Shown: one piece after another, positions 33,730-44,523 of the stretch
How positions within the stretch are numbered: the stretch's first letter is position 1
Layout of the letters: every line of letters starts with the position of its first letter
Assembly (NCBI GenBank): GCA_965247425.1
Contig: OZ252023.1
Span: forward strand, 651,892-715,891
Reading direction: 5' to 3'
Source: Terriglobia bacterium
GTDB taxonomy: Bacteria; Acidobacteriota; Terriglobia; 20CM-2-55-15
DNA: 64,000 nt
Translations under genes and position numbers: made by a program
The notes under the pieces: model-generated
What the model was told of the DNA's origin: nothing
Database searches by the model: none
What the model saw: only the letters and a program-made list of their open reading frames with translations

Positions 33730-33843
33730 CGGGTCCCTCCATTCCGACTCTTTGTTCGGAACAGCCTCTCCGGTTCAGTCGTCAGGGGTGGGCCAAATCA
33801 AACGATCAAAAGTGGGCCAATTTAGAGTAGCGAAATCACGGTT

Positions 33844-34147
33844 CGTGTGAAGCTTCAGCGCGGTTGTTGGCGTACTGTTCGGTGTCATGATGCACCGAAG
33901 GCATGACCGTCCGAAGCGCCGCACGGTAGCTTTTCAATTTGTCGGTGACGATTCGCAGCGGCACCTTTCCTTGGCCCTTCAAGAGTTTGCGAAAGAAGCG
34001 CTCCGCTGCACGCCGATTGCGCCGCGACTGAACAAGGATATCGATCACGTCTCCGTCTTGATCCACCGCACGCCACAGGTATTGCCGTTCACCGTTGATC
34101 GTCACGAAGACTTCGTCCAGGAACCATGTATCGCCGAGGCGGCCTTG
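33844..34147 (-). pseudogene. IS6 transposase middle piece (…GRLGDTWFLDEVFVTINGERQYLWRAVDQDGDVIDILVQ…SHEP)
   Basis: Part of ORF 33836..34165. It is bounded by the IS21-A copy 2 end and by the left end of the second IS21-type element. Confidence 0.7.
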
Positions 34148-34257
34148 CCCTCGGGGGTCACCCAAAAGCGGCCATTAAAGGTCACCTGAAAACCGGCCAA
34201 CGGAACTGAGGCCCGGGACATTGACAACGGCGGTAAGCCGAATAGGCTTCCGTCGGT

Positions 34258-35898
34258 ATGAGCAATGTCTTGAGCGCCGAAAAGAAACAACAAGTTATCG
34301 CACTGGGACGGCTCGGATGGCCGCTACGGCGGATCGAGAAGGCGACCGGTGTACGTCGGGAAGCGGCAGGGTCCTACCTTCGAGCGGCCGGGATCGCGGT
34401 GCGACCACCCGGGGGTTGGGGTAAACGGGCGCCGTCAAAACCGGCCAATGGGGTGACCACCGACTCTGAGGCGATAGAGCCCTCTCTAAAGGGGCTCTCC
34501 AAGCCAGACATTTCAAAACCGGCCAACGGGGTGACCACCGACTCTGTGAGCCTCGATCTGTCCAAGCTGGACCTGCCCGCCACCCCAGAACCGCCCTCGG
34601 CCAGCGCCTGTGCACCGTATCGGGAGATCATCGAGCTGGGTTTGGGTCGTGGCCGAAACGCCATGTCCATCTGGCAAGATCTGGTTTCCGATCACGGCTT
34701 TACGGGCAGCTATGAGTCCATGAAGCGCTTCGTGCGCAAGCTGCGTGGATCCCAGCGTCCCGGAGCGGTGGGAATCATCCAGACCGGACCTGGGGAAGAA
34801 GGACAGGTCGACTACGGTGACGGACCGATGGTCCGCGATCCGAAAACGGGCAAGTACCGACGGACGCGGCTGTTCGTGATGACGCTGGGCTACAGCCGTA
34901 AAGCGGTCCGGCTGCTCCGATTCCGGTCCAGTTCCCGAATCTGGGCCGAGCTGCACGAGACCGCGTTTCGCCGGCTTGGAGGCAGTCTCCGGTGCATCGT
35001 CCTGGACAACCTTCGTGAAGGTGTCATCGTTCCGGATTATTACGATCCGACATTGAATCCTCTGTTTAAGGACGTGCTCGCTCATTACGGCGTGGTCGCC
35101 TTGCCCTGCCGGGTTCGGGATCCCGATCGAAAAGGGAAAGTCGAGGCCGGCGTCGCGCACGCCCAGAAAACCCCACTGAAGGGAGTCCGCTTCGAGAGTC
35201 TCGAAGAGGCCCAGGCCCATCTGGACCGATGGGAAACCCGCTGGGCCGATACGCGCATCCACGGTACGACCAAGCGGCAGGTCGCCGCCATGTTCGCCGA
35301 AGAGAAGCCGTCACTGCTCCCGCTGCCGGTTGAACCTTTCCGTTACTACCAATACGGGGACCGCGTCGTCCACCTGGACGGTTGCGTGGAAGTGGAGGCC
35401 GCCTATTATGGTTTGCCTCCCGGTTGGATTGGACGCACCGTCAAAGTGCAGTGGGATACGCTCCACGTCCGGATCCTCGATCCGGAGACCCATCAGTTAC
35501 TGCGCGAGCATGTCGGTCAGAAACGGGGTGGGTACCGTGTCCGTCCCGAGGACAATCCGATACAGGCGCCGGTGACCACCGTCCAATTGCTGGCCCGGGC
35601 GGCTCGCGCCGGAGTCCACATCGGCGAACTGGCCAAAGCCATCCATCACCGTCAGGGCGAGGCCGCCCTCCGCCGTATCCTGGTCTGTTCTCCCTGGCCA
35701 AAAAATACGGTGTCTCTGCCGTCGAGGATGCCGCTGCCGCTGCACTCGAACTCCACGTCCATGATTACCGTTTCGTCCGCCGCTATCTGGAGCGGCGGCC
35801 TCCACTCTCTCTCCGACAGGTCGACCCCCCTTATTCGCGAACTGACTCAGTATCGCGATCTCATCAACCTCAAGATTCAGGAGCAAGAACAACAATGA
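34258..35898 (+). pseudogene. istA: IS21 family transposase IstA with two compensating frameshifts (about 35687 and 35828)
   Basis: Between the two sites the conserved IstA C-terminal sequence (GLFSLAKKYGVSAVEDAAAAALELHVHDYRFVRRYLERRPPLSLRQVDP) is in the -1 frame. The outer frame reads S/P-rich nonsense there. Confidence 0.6.
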
Positions 35899-36650
35899 AC
35901 ATCATCGAACTCCAAAAAGCTCTCCGCCAACTCCGCCTGGGCGGCATCGCCGAAGTCCTCGAAACCCGTCTCCATCAGGCACAGGCTGAAGCCATGGCGC
36001 CCATCGACCTGATCTCCTCTCTGGTCTCGGACGAGTTGGCCCGCCGCAGCACCCGATTGCTGGAACGACGCCGAAAACAGGCCCAGTTCCGCGACCCCCA
36101 GAAGACACTCCAGGACTTTGACTTCACATTTAACAAGAAGATGAATCGCAGTCTGGTCTTCGATCTCGCTACTGCCACCTTCATCGCTCGCCACGAAGAT
36201 GCGCTGTTTCTCGGTCCACCTGGCACCGGCAAGAGTCATCTGGCCCAGGCGATCGGTCTGGCCGCAATCCTCCAGGGCTATCGGGTCCTCTATCGTGAAA
36301 CCCACGCCCTGCTCGACGACATCGCCGAAGCCACCATCGACGGCAATCGCAGGAAACACATGGAATCGCTCGCGACCGTGCCGCTGCTGATCATCGATGA
36401 TCTGGGAATGCGCAAGCTCCCCCCGACCGCCGCCGAGCAACTCCTCGAGATCGTGATGCGACGTTACGAACGTACCAGCACGCTGCTGACTTCGAATCGT
36501 CCGGTCGAGGACTGGGGGAAACTATTAGGGGATAGTGCCGCCGTGACTGCCATGCTCGACCGCCTCCTCCATCATGGCCACATTCTTAAGTGTGGACCAC
36601 GGAGTTGGCGCACTAAAACAGGCTTGCCCGATCACGGCAACTCGCGGTAA
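35897..36650 (+). CDS. istB: IS21 family helper ATPase IstB
   Basis: MNIIELQKALRQLRLGG…, Walker A GPPGTGKSHLA. ATGA overlap with istA. Confidence 0.85.
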
Positions 36651-36729
36651 AACAACCTGGTCCCGGGCCGCCTTCATTGGCCGGTTTTGAGGTGACCTTC
36701 GTTGGCCGGTTTTGGGGTGACCCTTGAGG

Positions 36730-36939
36730 CTGCCGCTGTCTCAATCGCCGCGCATAGTCCGGGCCGAACCTTCCGCACCAGCGGCGGATTGTCTCATATG
36801 AGACCACGATTCCTCGTTTGGCCAACTGATCCTCGACATCCCGTAGGCTGAGGCCGAATCTGTAGTAGAGCCAGACGGCGTGGATGATGATTTCAGGCGG
36901 GAATCGGTGTCCGTGATAACGGGATTGGCTTGAGTTCAT
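36730..36939 (-). pseudogene. IS6 transposase N-terminal piece (MNSSQSRYHGHRFPPEIIIHAVWLYYRFGLSLRDVEDQLAKRGIVVSYETIRRWCGRFGPDYARRLRQRQ)
   Basis: Part of ORF 36613..36987. The frame then runs into the IS21-E end. Confidence 0.7.
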
Positions 36940-36978
36940 GCCCAAGTCTGGCAGGTTTCGGGCCAAGTTGACAGAACC

Positions 36979-37555
36979 TCCGTTCATGTATCAGAACGTC
37001 TTTAGCGGCTCCTTCCGCAATTTCAGCATTTTCATCAAGAGTGCAGTTAGCGCTGATACCCTGCTGCCGATCATTCAAGAGCGGTTGAAAGTTGTGGATC
37101 CCTACTTACCGGTTTTCCTTAGCGGATCTATGGACGACTACGTGGATGATTCCCTGAACAACAGACGTGCCGTCATGTTCCTGCTTGCCATCTTCGCAGG
37201 TATCGCCGTGGTCCTATCGGCTGTCGGTATCTACGGTGTGATGGCCTACAGCGTTTCCCAGCAAAGTCGTGAGATCGGAACTCGGGCGGCGCTTGGGGCA
37301 GGCCATGGTCAGATCATGGGTCTGTTCATGAAGAGGGGCATGATCAAGGCGGTTATCGGATTGGCGTTCGGATTGGTAGGGGCTTTTGGGGTGAGCCGTT
37401 TCATGTCCTCGATGCTGTACGAACTCGAACCTACCGACCCGATCGTCTACGCAGGTGTCACGACAGTACTCTTCGCCATCTCGATGCTTGCCAGCTACCT
37501 ACCGGCTCTGAGAGCATCGCGTACTCATCCGATGGAGGCTCTAAGATTGGAGTGA
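36979..37555 (+). pseudogene. C-terminal FtsX domain (4 TM) of a MacB-like ABC permease, N-terminus removed by IS6 insertion
   Basis: The FtsX C-terminal pattern …SREIGTRAALGAGHGQIMGLFM… starts immediately after the IS6-F TIR. Confidence 0.65.
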
Positions 37556-37907
37556 TGGTGGAGATAGGAAGGCCCGATTCAAGGCAGCGCCGACTAAGGT
37601 GCCGGTGCCGCAGGCACCGCCTGCCTTCCCTGATGGTTCCGAAAAATTCCACTTGGGTGTATTGGGCCTCGCAGAACCTGGTACCATTGGTCGCCAAAGC
37701 TGTTCCCCAGTATGTGTGAATCGACGGGGTTCCTAAAGGAACCAACGAAATCGCGCGCTAGATCATTCCTTCGACGCGGGCTAGAATTCTTCTCCAAGGC
37801 GCCTGGCCGGGTGCGAAGGTGTGGAACGGCCGTTGTCGAGGGGACCCCGTGGTGCGACCGTGCTTTAACTACACTCAAGAACGACATAACAATAAGGAGC
37901 TGTAGCA

Positions 37908-38387
37908 ATGGCTGACAGAAGCGATCTAATCCCGATCATCAAGGTACCGATTCTGATCGCGTTGGTGGTGACGGTGATCCGTTTTAGCGTGGAAGCGTCT
38001 GGCGCCCCTACCGCCGTCAGTATGGTCTTCGGCGTCGCGTGGCTGCACATACTGTTTCCCGTGTACTTCGCGATCAGGATTCTCGAACTGGGATTCGAGA
38101 AGCCTTTCGTTACGCTCATCAAGACTACCGTGATGTGGGCCGTACCCGTCCGCGTAGCTATCGCGATCACTTACGTTCTAGGTTACGTTTATCAGATCGA
38201 CAGCTTGCGTTTTCAGGCCGAGGCATTGGGCCCGGTCGGCGAGGGCATAACGCCCTTGCAAGGCTACCTGCTGCTGCCCCTCTTGAACTTCGGCTCGTGG
38301 ATGCTTGCCGCGGTCATTCTGGCGACGATAACCGGTGGCATTACTCTGAAAGTGAAGCAGCGATCAGCTGCCAAGAGCGTTGCGTGA
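37908..38387 (+). CDS. hypothetical membrane protein
   Basis: RBS aaggagc precedes it; 4-5 TM helices; no recognised domain. Confidence 0.5.
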   Translation: MADRSDLIPIIKVPILIALVVTVIRFSVEASGAPTAVSMVFGVAWLHILFPVYFAIRILELGFEKPFVTLIKTTVMWAVPVRVAIAITYVLGYVYQIDSLRFQAEALGPVGEGITPLQGYLLLPLLNFGSWMLAAVILATITGGITLKVKQRSAAKSVA

Positions 38388-38726
38388 GAGTGGTATTGTC
38401 ACGTTAAGCTATTTGGTGGCGTTCGCGCCGCCATCCGCCACCTCTAAGTCATTGGTTCTTGGTCTGGGATCCAGCAAAATCAGTCCTCAGAATGCACGGA
38501 TTTTGCTTAACGTGACAGTACCCTCCGTGAGGCAGATCGAGTTAGCATCAGACGCGTTGTCTCAGTCCTTGTTAGTGGTTTTGGTCCTCCGAGGTCTGAG
38601 CGCTATGGCTGGGCATGGCATGGGCGGCCAACAGACCCTAGCTCCAAGGGAGCGGCAACGATGTCATTACGTCTCTTCAGCGAGAACCGTCATCTCCGAA
38701 CTCTCTAGGCGTATCCACGCCTGTGT

Positions 38727-39137
38727 ATGCTTTACACATTCCAAACTAGATCGTTAGCGATTGGCGTCATCATCGCTACTCTGTTGCTGTCCCTGCCGGC
38801 CGAAGGGCAAGAGAATGAATCGAGTTGGACCGATGCGTCGGGAAGAATCCGGACGCGGGCTGAGCTGGAGGATATCCTTCGCAATCACAAAGAGTGGCAA
38901 GAGTCCGAAGGAATGGCAGGTCGCCAGGCGTTCCTGAAGAACGCGGACCTGGCCGGCGCGTTCCTGATCGGCGCGGCCCTGATCGGCGCGGACCTAACCG
39001 GCGCGAACCTGACCGGCGCGTTCCTGACCGGCGCGAACCTGACCGGCGCGAACCTCGCTGGCGCGAACCTGAGCGAGGCGATCCTGACCGGATCTGCACT
39101 GGATCACGCGAATCTGAGCGAGGTGTTGCTGACCGGA
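38727..39137 (+). pseudogene. pentapeptide-repeat protein, 5' part (signal peptide + A(D/N)LTG repeats), interrupted by nested IS256 elements; continues at 41938..43086
   Basis: Repeats [15 protein letters not shown]…. The reading frame is seamless across the IS: …LSEVLLTG | SALDYADLTGADLT…. Confidence 0.75.
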
Positions 39138-39377
39138 GAGTTATAACCGAATCTGGTGTTTGAAGGGATTGAAGAAAAGCGGCGTATCTGGTTGATTTGT
39201 TGTTTACCAGACTTCAAAGCAACCAAAGGAGATACGCCACTATGAGCAAGAGTAACGTGATTGGACCGGAGGGTCGAGAAACGATTGAGGACCCGGTAAC
39301 AGAGCTACTACGAGTTGGAGCTCAGCAACTGATCCAACGGGCGGTGGAAACCGAATTGGCGGAGCTGCTATCTCAAC

Positions 39378-40768
39378 GAGTTATAACCTAATCTGGTGTT
39401 TGAAGGGATTGAAGAAAAGCGGCGTATCTGGTTGATTTGTTGTTTACCAGACTTCAAAGCAACCAAAGGAGATACGCCACTATGAGCAAGAGTAACGTGA
39501 TTGGACCGGAGGGTCGAGAAACGATTGAGGACCCGGTAACAGAGCTACTACGAGTTGGAGCTCAGCAACTGATCCAACGGGCGGTGGAAACCGAATTGGC
39601 GGAGCTGCTATCTCAACACGACGATCGGCGAACAGAGAAGGGCAACGCCGGGGTGGTGCGCAACGGTTATCTACCTGAACGTGAACTGCAGACCGGTCTG
39701 GGGCCGGTAACGGTCCAGATTCCGAAGGTCCGTGCAAAGACTGGCGACGCGGTGACGTTCCGATCGGCGCTGGTACCTCCTTACATTCGAAAGACGAAGT
39801 CGATGGAAGCGGCGGTGCCGTGGTTGTATTTGAAAGGCGTCTCGAGCGGCGAAATGGGTGAAGCCCTAACTAAAAGTTCTTGTCGGTCCCCAGGCGCAGG
39901 GTTTGTCGGCGAGCACGGTATCGCGCCTGAAGCAGGTCTGGGGCGAGGAGTACCGCCAAAGCTGCGAGGAGCGGCTGGATGCAGACCGCTGGGTGTATGT
40001 CTGGGCCGACGGAATTTATAGCGGACTGCGGGCTGAACAAACCAAGTTGTGTGCATTGGTGGTGATCGGCGTGAATGAACGCGGAGAGAAGCGTTTTCTG
40101 GCGATCGAAGACGGTGTCCGGGAATCGACACAGAGTTGGCGCGAGGTCTTGTTGAAGCTGAAGTCCCGTGGGATGAATATCCCAAAGTTGGCCATCGGTG
40201 ACGGTGCGATGGGGTTCTGGGCCGCACTGGAGGAAATCTATCCCGAGACAGGCCAACAACGCTGCTGGATGCACAAGACCATGAACGTGTTGAACTGTCT
40301 ACCCAAGTCGGCCCAGGCGAAAGCGAAACAGGCCTTGCACGCGATCTGGCAAGCCGAGACAAAGGCAGACGCCGAGAAGGCATTCGACCTGTTCATTGAA
40401 ACCTATGAACCGAAGTATCCGAAAGCCACTCTCTGCCTCCAGAAAGACAGCGAAGAACTGCTGGTCTTCTTCGACTTCCCGGCCAAGCACTGGCAGAGCC
40501 TCAGAACGACCAATCCCATCGAGTCGACCTTTGCCACCATTCGCCACCGAACCAAGCGATCCAGGGGTTGCCTGACGCGGGATGGCATGCTGCACATGAT
40601 GTTCAAACTGGGACAGTGCGCTCAGAAGAACTGGCGACGATTACGAGGATTCGATGATCTGGCCAAGGTGATTACTGGACTGAAATTCAACGATGGTATC
40701 GAAGTGACAAACGTCGATCAGGCCGCCGCTTGAATCAATCTCCTAAACACCACTCTTGACAATAACTC
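39378..40768 (+). mobile_element. IS256-family element (1391 bp) inserted into the left end of the host copy; TSD TATCTCAAC
   Basis: Flanked by TATCTCAAC at 39369-77 and 40769-77. One SNP separates it from the host copy in the left end (aaccTaatc versus aaccGaatc). Confidence 0.8.
39482..40733 (+). pseudogene. IS256 family (mutator-type) transposase, +1 frameshift near 39870 in an A run
   Basis: N-part …LYLKGVSSGEMGEALT, then the C-part (K)VLVGPQAQGLSASTVSRLKQVWGEEY… in the +1 frame. DDE region …WADGIY…CWMHK…. Confidence 0.75.
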
Positions 40769-40777
40769 TATCTCAAC

Positions 40778-41893
40778 ACGACGATCGGCGAACAGAGAAG
40801 GGCAACGCCGGGGTGGTGCGCAACGGTTATCTACCTGAACGTGAACTGCAGACCGGTCTGGGGCCGGTAACGGTCCAGATTCCGAAGGTCCGTGCAAAGA
40901 CTGGCGACGCGGTGACGTTCCGATCGGCGCTGGTACCTCCTTACATTCGAAAGACGAAGTCGATGGAAGCGGCGGTGCCGTGGTTGTATTTGAAAGGCGT
41001 CTCGAGCGGCGAAATGGGTGAAGCCCTAACTAAAAGTTCTTGTCGGTCCCCAGGCGCAGGGTTTGTCGGCGAGCACGGTATCGCGCCTGAAGCAGGTCTG
41101 GGGCGAGGAGTACCGCCAAAGCTGCGAGGAGCGGCTGGATGCAGACCGCTGGGTGTATGTCTGGGCCGACGGAATTTATAGCGGACTGCGGGCTGAACAA
41201 ACCAAGTTGTGTGCATTGGTGGTGATCGGCGTGAATGAACGCGGAGAGAAGCGTTTTCTGGCGATCGAAGACGGTGTCCGGGAATCGACACAGAGTTGGC
41301 GCGAGGTCTTGTTGAAGCTGAAGTCCCGTGGGATGAATATCCCAAAGTTGGCCATCGGTGACGGTGCGATGGGGTTCTGGGCCGCACTGGAGGAAATCTA
41401 TCCCGAGACAGGCCAACAACGCTGCTGGATGCACAAGACCATGAACGTGTTGAACTGTCTACCCAAGTCGGCCCAGGCGAAAGCGAAACAGGCCTTGCAC
41501 GCGATCTGGCAAGCCGAGACAAAGGCAGACGCCGAGAAGGCATTCGACCTGTTCATTGAAACCTATGAACCGAAGTATCCGAAAGCCACTCTCTGCCTCC
41601 AGAAAGACAGCGAAGAACTGCTGGTCTTCTTCGACTTCCCGGCCAAGCACTGGCAGAGCCTCAGAACGACCAATCCCATCGAGTCGACCTTTGCCACCAT
41701 TCGCCACCGAACCAAGCGATCCAGGGGTTGCCTGACGCGGGATGGCATGCTGCACATGATGTTCAAACTGGGACAGTGCGCTCAGAAGAACTGGCGACGA
41801 TTACGAGGATTCGATGATCTGGCCAAGGTGATTACTGGACTGAAATTCAACGATGGTATCGAAGTGACAAACGTCGATCAGGCCGCCGCTTGA
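40778..41893 (+). pseudogene. IS256 family transposase of the host copy (3' part; its 5' part is at 39242..39377); same frameshift
   Basis: Identical to the nested copy's transposase from codon ~46 onward. Confidence 0.7.
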
Positions 41894-41937
41894 ATCAATC
41901 TCCTAAACACCACTCTTGACAATAACTCCTGACCGGA

Positions 41938-43086
41938 TCGGCCCTGGACTACGCGGATCTGACCGGCGCAGACCTGACTCGCTCGGATCTGACCGGCGCG
42001 TTCCTGACCGGTGCGGACCTGAGCGAGGCGATCCTAACCGGATCGCTACTGGACTACGCGAACCTGCGGGAGGCCATCCTGGCCGGAGCGGCATTAGACG
42101 ACGCGTACCTGAGGAACGCGAACCTGAGCGACACAGCCCTGACGGGCGCCGACCTGAGTGAGGCGCTCCTCGACTATGCGAACCTGGCCCGCGCAGACCT
42201 GACCGGCGCAGATCTGACCGGCGCGGTGCTGTCCCACGCCCACCTTGTCGACACGGATCTGAGCGGTGCGAACATGGCCGGCGCGGACTTGACCGACGCG
42301 GACCTCACGGGCGCGAGCCTCGTCCGCGCGAACATGGCCGGCGCGGACTTGCAGGCTACGATCTTTCAACCGAATTCCGTTCCGGAAGGTAGAGATGTCG
42401 CAACTGCGTACAATCTGCCGTTCCTTACGTATAAAAGTAGTCCTGCTGCTCTTGTTCAGCTTCGCAACGTCTTCAAGAACGGCGGCTTTCTGAATCAAGA
42501 GCGGAAAATCACCTATGCGTTAAAAAGACGGCAGGCTGAGTTGTTCTGGGAGGACTGCAATGCAGCCAGTTTGTTGGACTGTGGAGCTTATGCCTTCAAC
42601 AGAATATTCTTCGACATAACCTCCCATTATGGAATGCACCCGAGTCGGCCTCTGCTGCTGGCCTTCGCCGGTTGGTTTCTTTGCACGCTGATATACAGCC
42701 TGTTCATTCACTTCCCTGGAGCCTCCGGTGTTTATGTTGTAAAAAGGGGCGCTTATGCAGGACGTGAACATTCCAGGAAACTTCAAATTCGTCACAGAGC
42801 TATTCCGCCAAAACAGAGATGGAAGGGTACGTGGAAGTATCCGCTTCATTTGTTTCTGCGAGAGTGGCGTCTGGCTCGCGCAGCAATGTTTTTTAGCTTG
42901 ATGTCTGCCTTTAATTTCGGATTTCGGGATCTCAACTTTGGACGTTGGTTGAGGATGCTCACAAAGCGTGAATACGACATGAAGGCGATCGGATGGGTTC
43001 GGACGGTGGCAGGCTTTCAGGCGCTGATCAGCATGTACTTGATAGCGTTGTCGGTCCTTACCTATTTCGGCAGACCGTTCGAATAG
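41938..43086 (+). pseudogene. pentapeptide-repeat protein, 3' part with C-terminal multi-TM domain
   Basis: Pentapeptide repeats (ADLTGASLVRANMAGADL…) then a hydrophobic C-terminal ~200 aa. Confidence 0.7.
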
Positions 43087-43183
43087 GTCTTCTTTCACTG
43101 ACTTATCCGATCACAAGCCTTAATTGCTACTGTTAGAATGGATGAAGAACTAGCCGACCCGGCGAGCGGGTGGTTTCATTTAA

Positions 43184-44473
43184 ATGAGCATTCGCGAACA
43201 TAAGAAGGACTGTATCGGACGGGTCCTCGTGTCGTTTCTGCTGCTGGCACTCCCTCCACTACTCGTCGGGGGAGCCGTCGCCGGGGAGCGCATCATCGCG
43301 ATCGCCGACATCCACGGCAACTTTGAGGCGTTTACCGGCCTGCTCCGGCAGTCCGGACTGGTGGATCCGAATCTTCAATGGATCGGGGAGGGAGACACAC
43401 TCATCCAAACAGGCGACTTCACTGACCGTGGGCCTGAGGTCCGGCGTGTCATGGATTTTCTCATGTCGCTCGAAGAGAGCGCCCCGAAGAACGGCGGCAA
43501 GGCGATCATACTCCTAGGCAACCATGAAATGATGAACATGATCGGTCAGCTCGCCGACGTGACCGAGGCCGATTACGCCAGCTTCACGGATTCGCGATCT
43601 GAGCGCCGTCGGCGATCCGCGTATCGATCCTTCACGGATTTCCGCAAGCGACGCGCAAAGAGATTGAACCTTCCGGAACCGTCTCCCACACCAGAAATGG
43701 AGGCGGAGTGGATGGAGGCCCATCCGCCTGGTTTCGTCGCGCAAAGGGAAGCATTCTCACCGAAGGGAACCTACGGCAAGTGGCTGCGAAAACGCCGTGT
43801 CGTCGTCAAGCAAGGTGACACGCTCTTCCTGCACGCGGGTATCAACCCCCTCATCGCCCAATTGTCGATCGAGAGCATCAATGAGCGGGTTTGGCAGGAA
43901 ATCGCAGCCTTCGATCGATACAAGAGGTACATGCTCGATCAGAAGCTGGCACTGGATTTCTTCACTTTCGGCGAACTGGTCGCATCCGTGCAAGAGGAAC
44001 TCGAAGCTCGGAGGATGGAGATTTCCGAAAAGACCGCCGCGGCCGCAGAAAAAGGAAACACGTACTCTCCGTCCGAGCGCGAACAGAAACATATCGATGC
44101 ACTGGAAGGTTTCATGGGGTTGGGTCAGTGGCTGACCATCAACCCTGGCGGGATTCTCTGGTTCCGGGGTTACGCCCGATGGACAGACGAGGAAGGACAA
44201 CCGCAAGTCGAATCCTTACTCGAACAATACGACGCCCGTCATTTCTTCGTCGGACACAACCCACAGTTGGAAGGACACGTTCGGAGCCGCTTTGATGGTC
44301 GAATCTTCCTGGCCGATACCGGAATGCTCTCGAGCTTCTACCCAGGCGGTCGAGCCTCGGCCGTGGAAATATGGGACGGAGTATTCAGGGCGATCTATCT
44401 GGATGGCGATCCCGTCCAACTCTACCCGCTGCCAGCATCTGCTCCAGAGGCTAATGGACGACCAGTTCACTAG
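43184..44473 (+). CDS. metallophosphoesterase (calcineurin-like / PPP-type phosphatase fold), secreted
   Basis: Motifs IAIADIHGN, GDFTDRG, GNHEMM; N-terminal signal peptide. Confidence 0.75.
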   Translation: MSIREHKKDCIGRVLVSFLLLALPPLLVGGAVAGERIIAIADIHGNFEAFTGLLRQSGLVDPNLQWIGEGDTLIQTGDFTDRGPEVRRVMDFLMSLEESAPKNGGKAIILLGNHEMMNMIGQLADVTEADYASFTDSRSERRRRSAYRSFTDFRKRRAKRLNLPEPSPTPEMEAEWMEAHPPGFVAQREAFSPKGTYGKWLRKRRVVVKQGDTLFLHAGINPLIAQLSIESINERVWQEIAAFDRYKRYMLDQKLALDFFTFGELVASVQEELEARRMEISEKTAAAAEKGNTYSPSEREQKHIDALEGFMGLGQWLTINPGGILWFRGYARWTDEEGQPQVESLLEQYDARHFFVGHNPQLEGHVRSRFDGRIFLADTGMLSSFYPGGRASAVEIWDGVFRAIYLDGDPVQLYPLPASAPEANGRPVH

Positions 44474-44523
44474 CTCACCAATGGCAACAGCGTGGCGGAG
44501 ACGGGGGTCGGTTCCATGACACG

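Larger units (their letters stand above)
31089..33839 (-). mobile_element. IS21-family element, type A copy 2 (2751 bp), TSD GGTT, inserted in IS6 copy F
   Basis: Same ends as copy 1. Flanked by GGTT at 31085-88 and 33840-43. Confidence 0.85.
34148..36729 (+). mobile_element. IS21-family element type E (~2.58 kb) inserted in the IS6 transposase gene
   Basis: Ends …GGGGTCACCCAAAAGCGGCCA… and …TGGCCGGTTTTGGGGTGACCC…. Multiple AAAACCGGCCAAYGGGGTGACC repeats at the ends, and two inside istA. Carries istA/istB. Confidence 0.7.
30846..36978 (-). mobile_element. IS6-family element (host copy F) split into three pieces by two different IS21-family insertions
   Basis: TIRs GGTTCTGTCAACTT at 30846 and, as reverse complement, at 36978. 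The transposase pieces at 30901..31084, 33844..34147 and 36730..36939 assemble into one ~235-aa IS6 transposase. Confidence 0.65.
39138..41928 (+). mobile_element. IS256-family element (1391 bp host copy) carrying a nested identical-family copy; TSD CTGACCGGA
   Basis: The host copy is 39138..39377 plus 40769..41928. Imperfect TIRs: GAGTTATAACCGAATCTGGTGTTTGAAGGGATTG versus revcomp GAGTTATTGTCAAGAGTGGTGTTTAGGAGATTG. The 9-bp direct repeat CTGACCGGA lies at 39129-37 and 41929-37. Confidence 0.8.

Noticed and set aside
35382-36650. 422-aa ORF spanning istA/istB
   Set aside because: It is a fusion of the frameshifted IstA C-terminal segment with IstB. IstB starts at ATG 35897.
38776-39099. 107-aa RRSGSRR-repeat ORF on minus strand
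   Set aside because: It is antisense to the pentapeptide-repeat coding repeats, a repeat-generated artefact.
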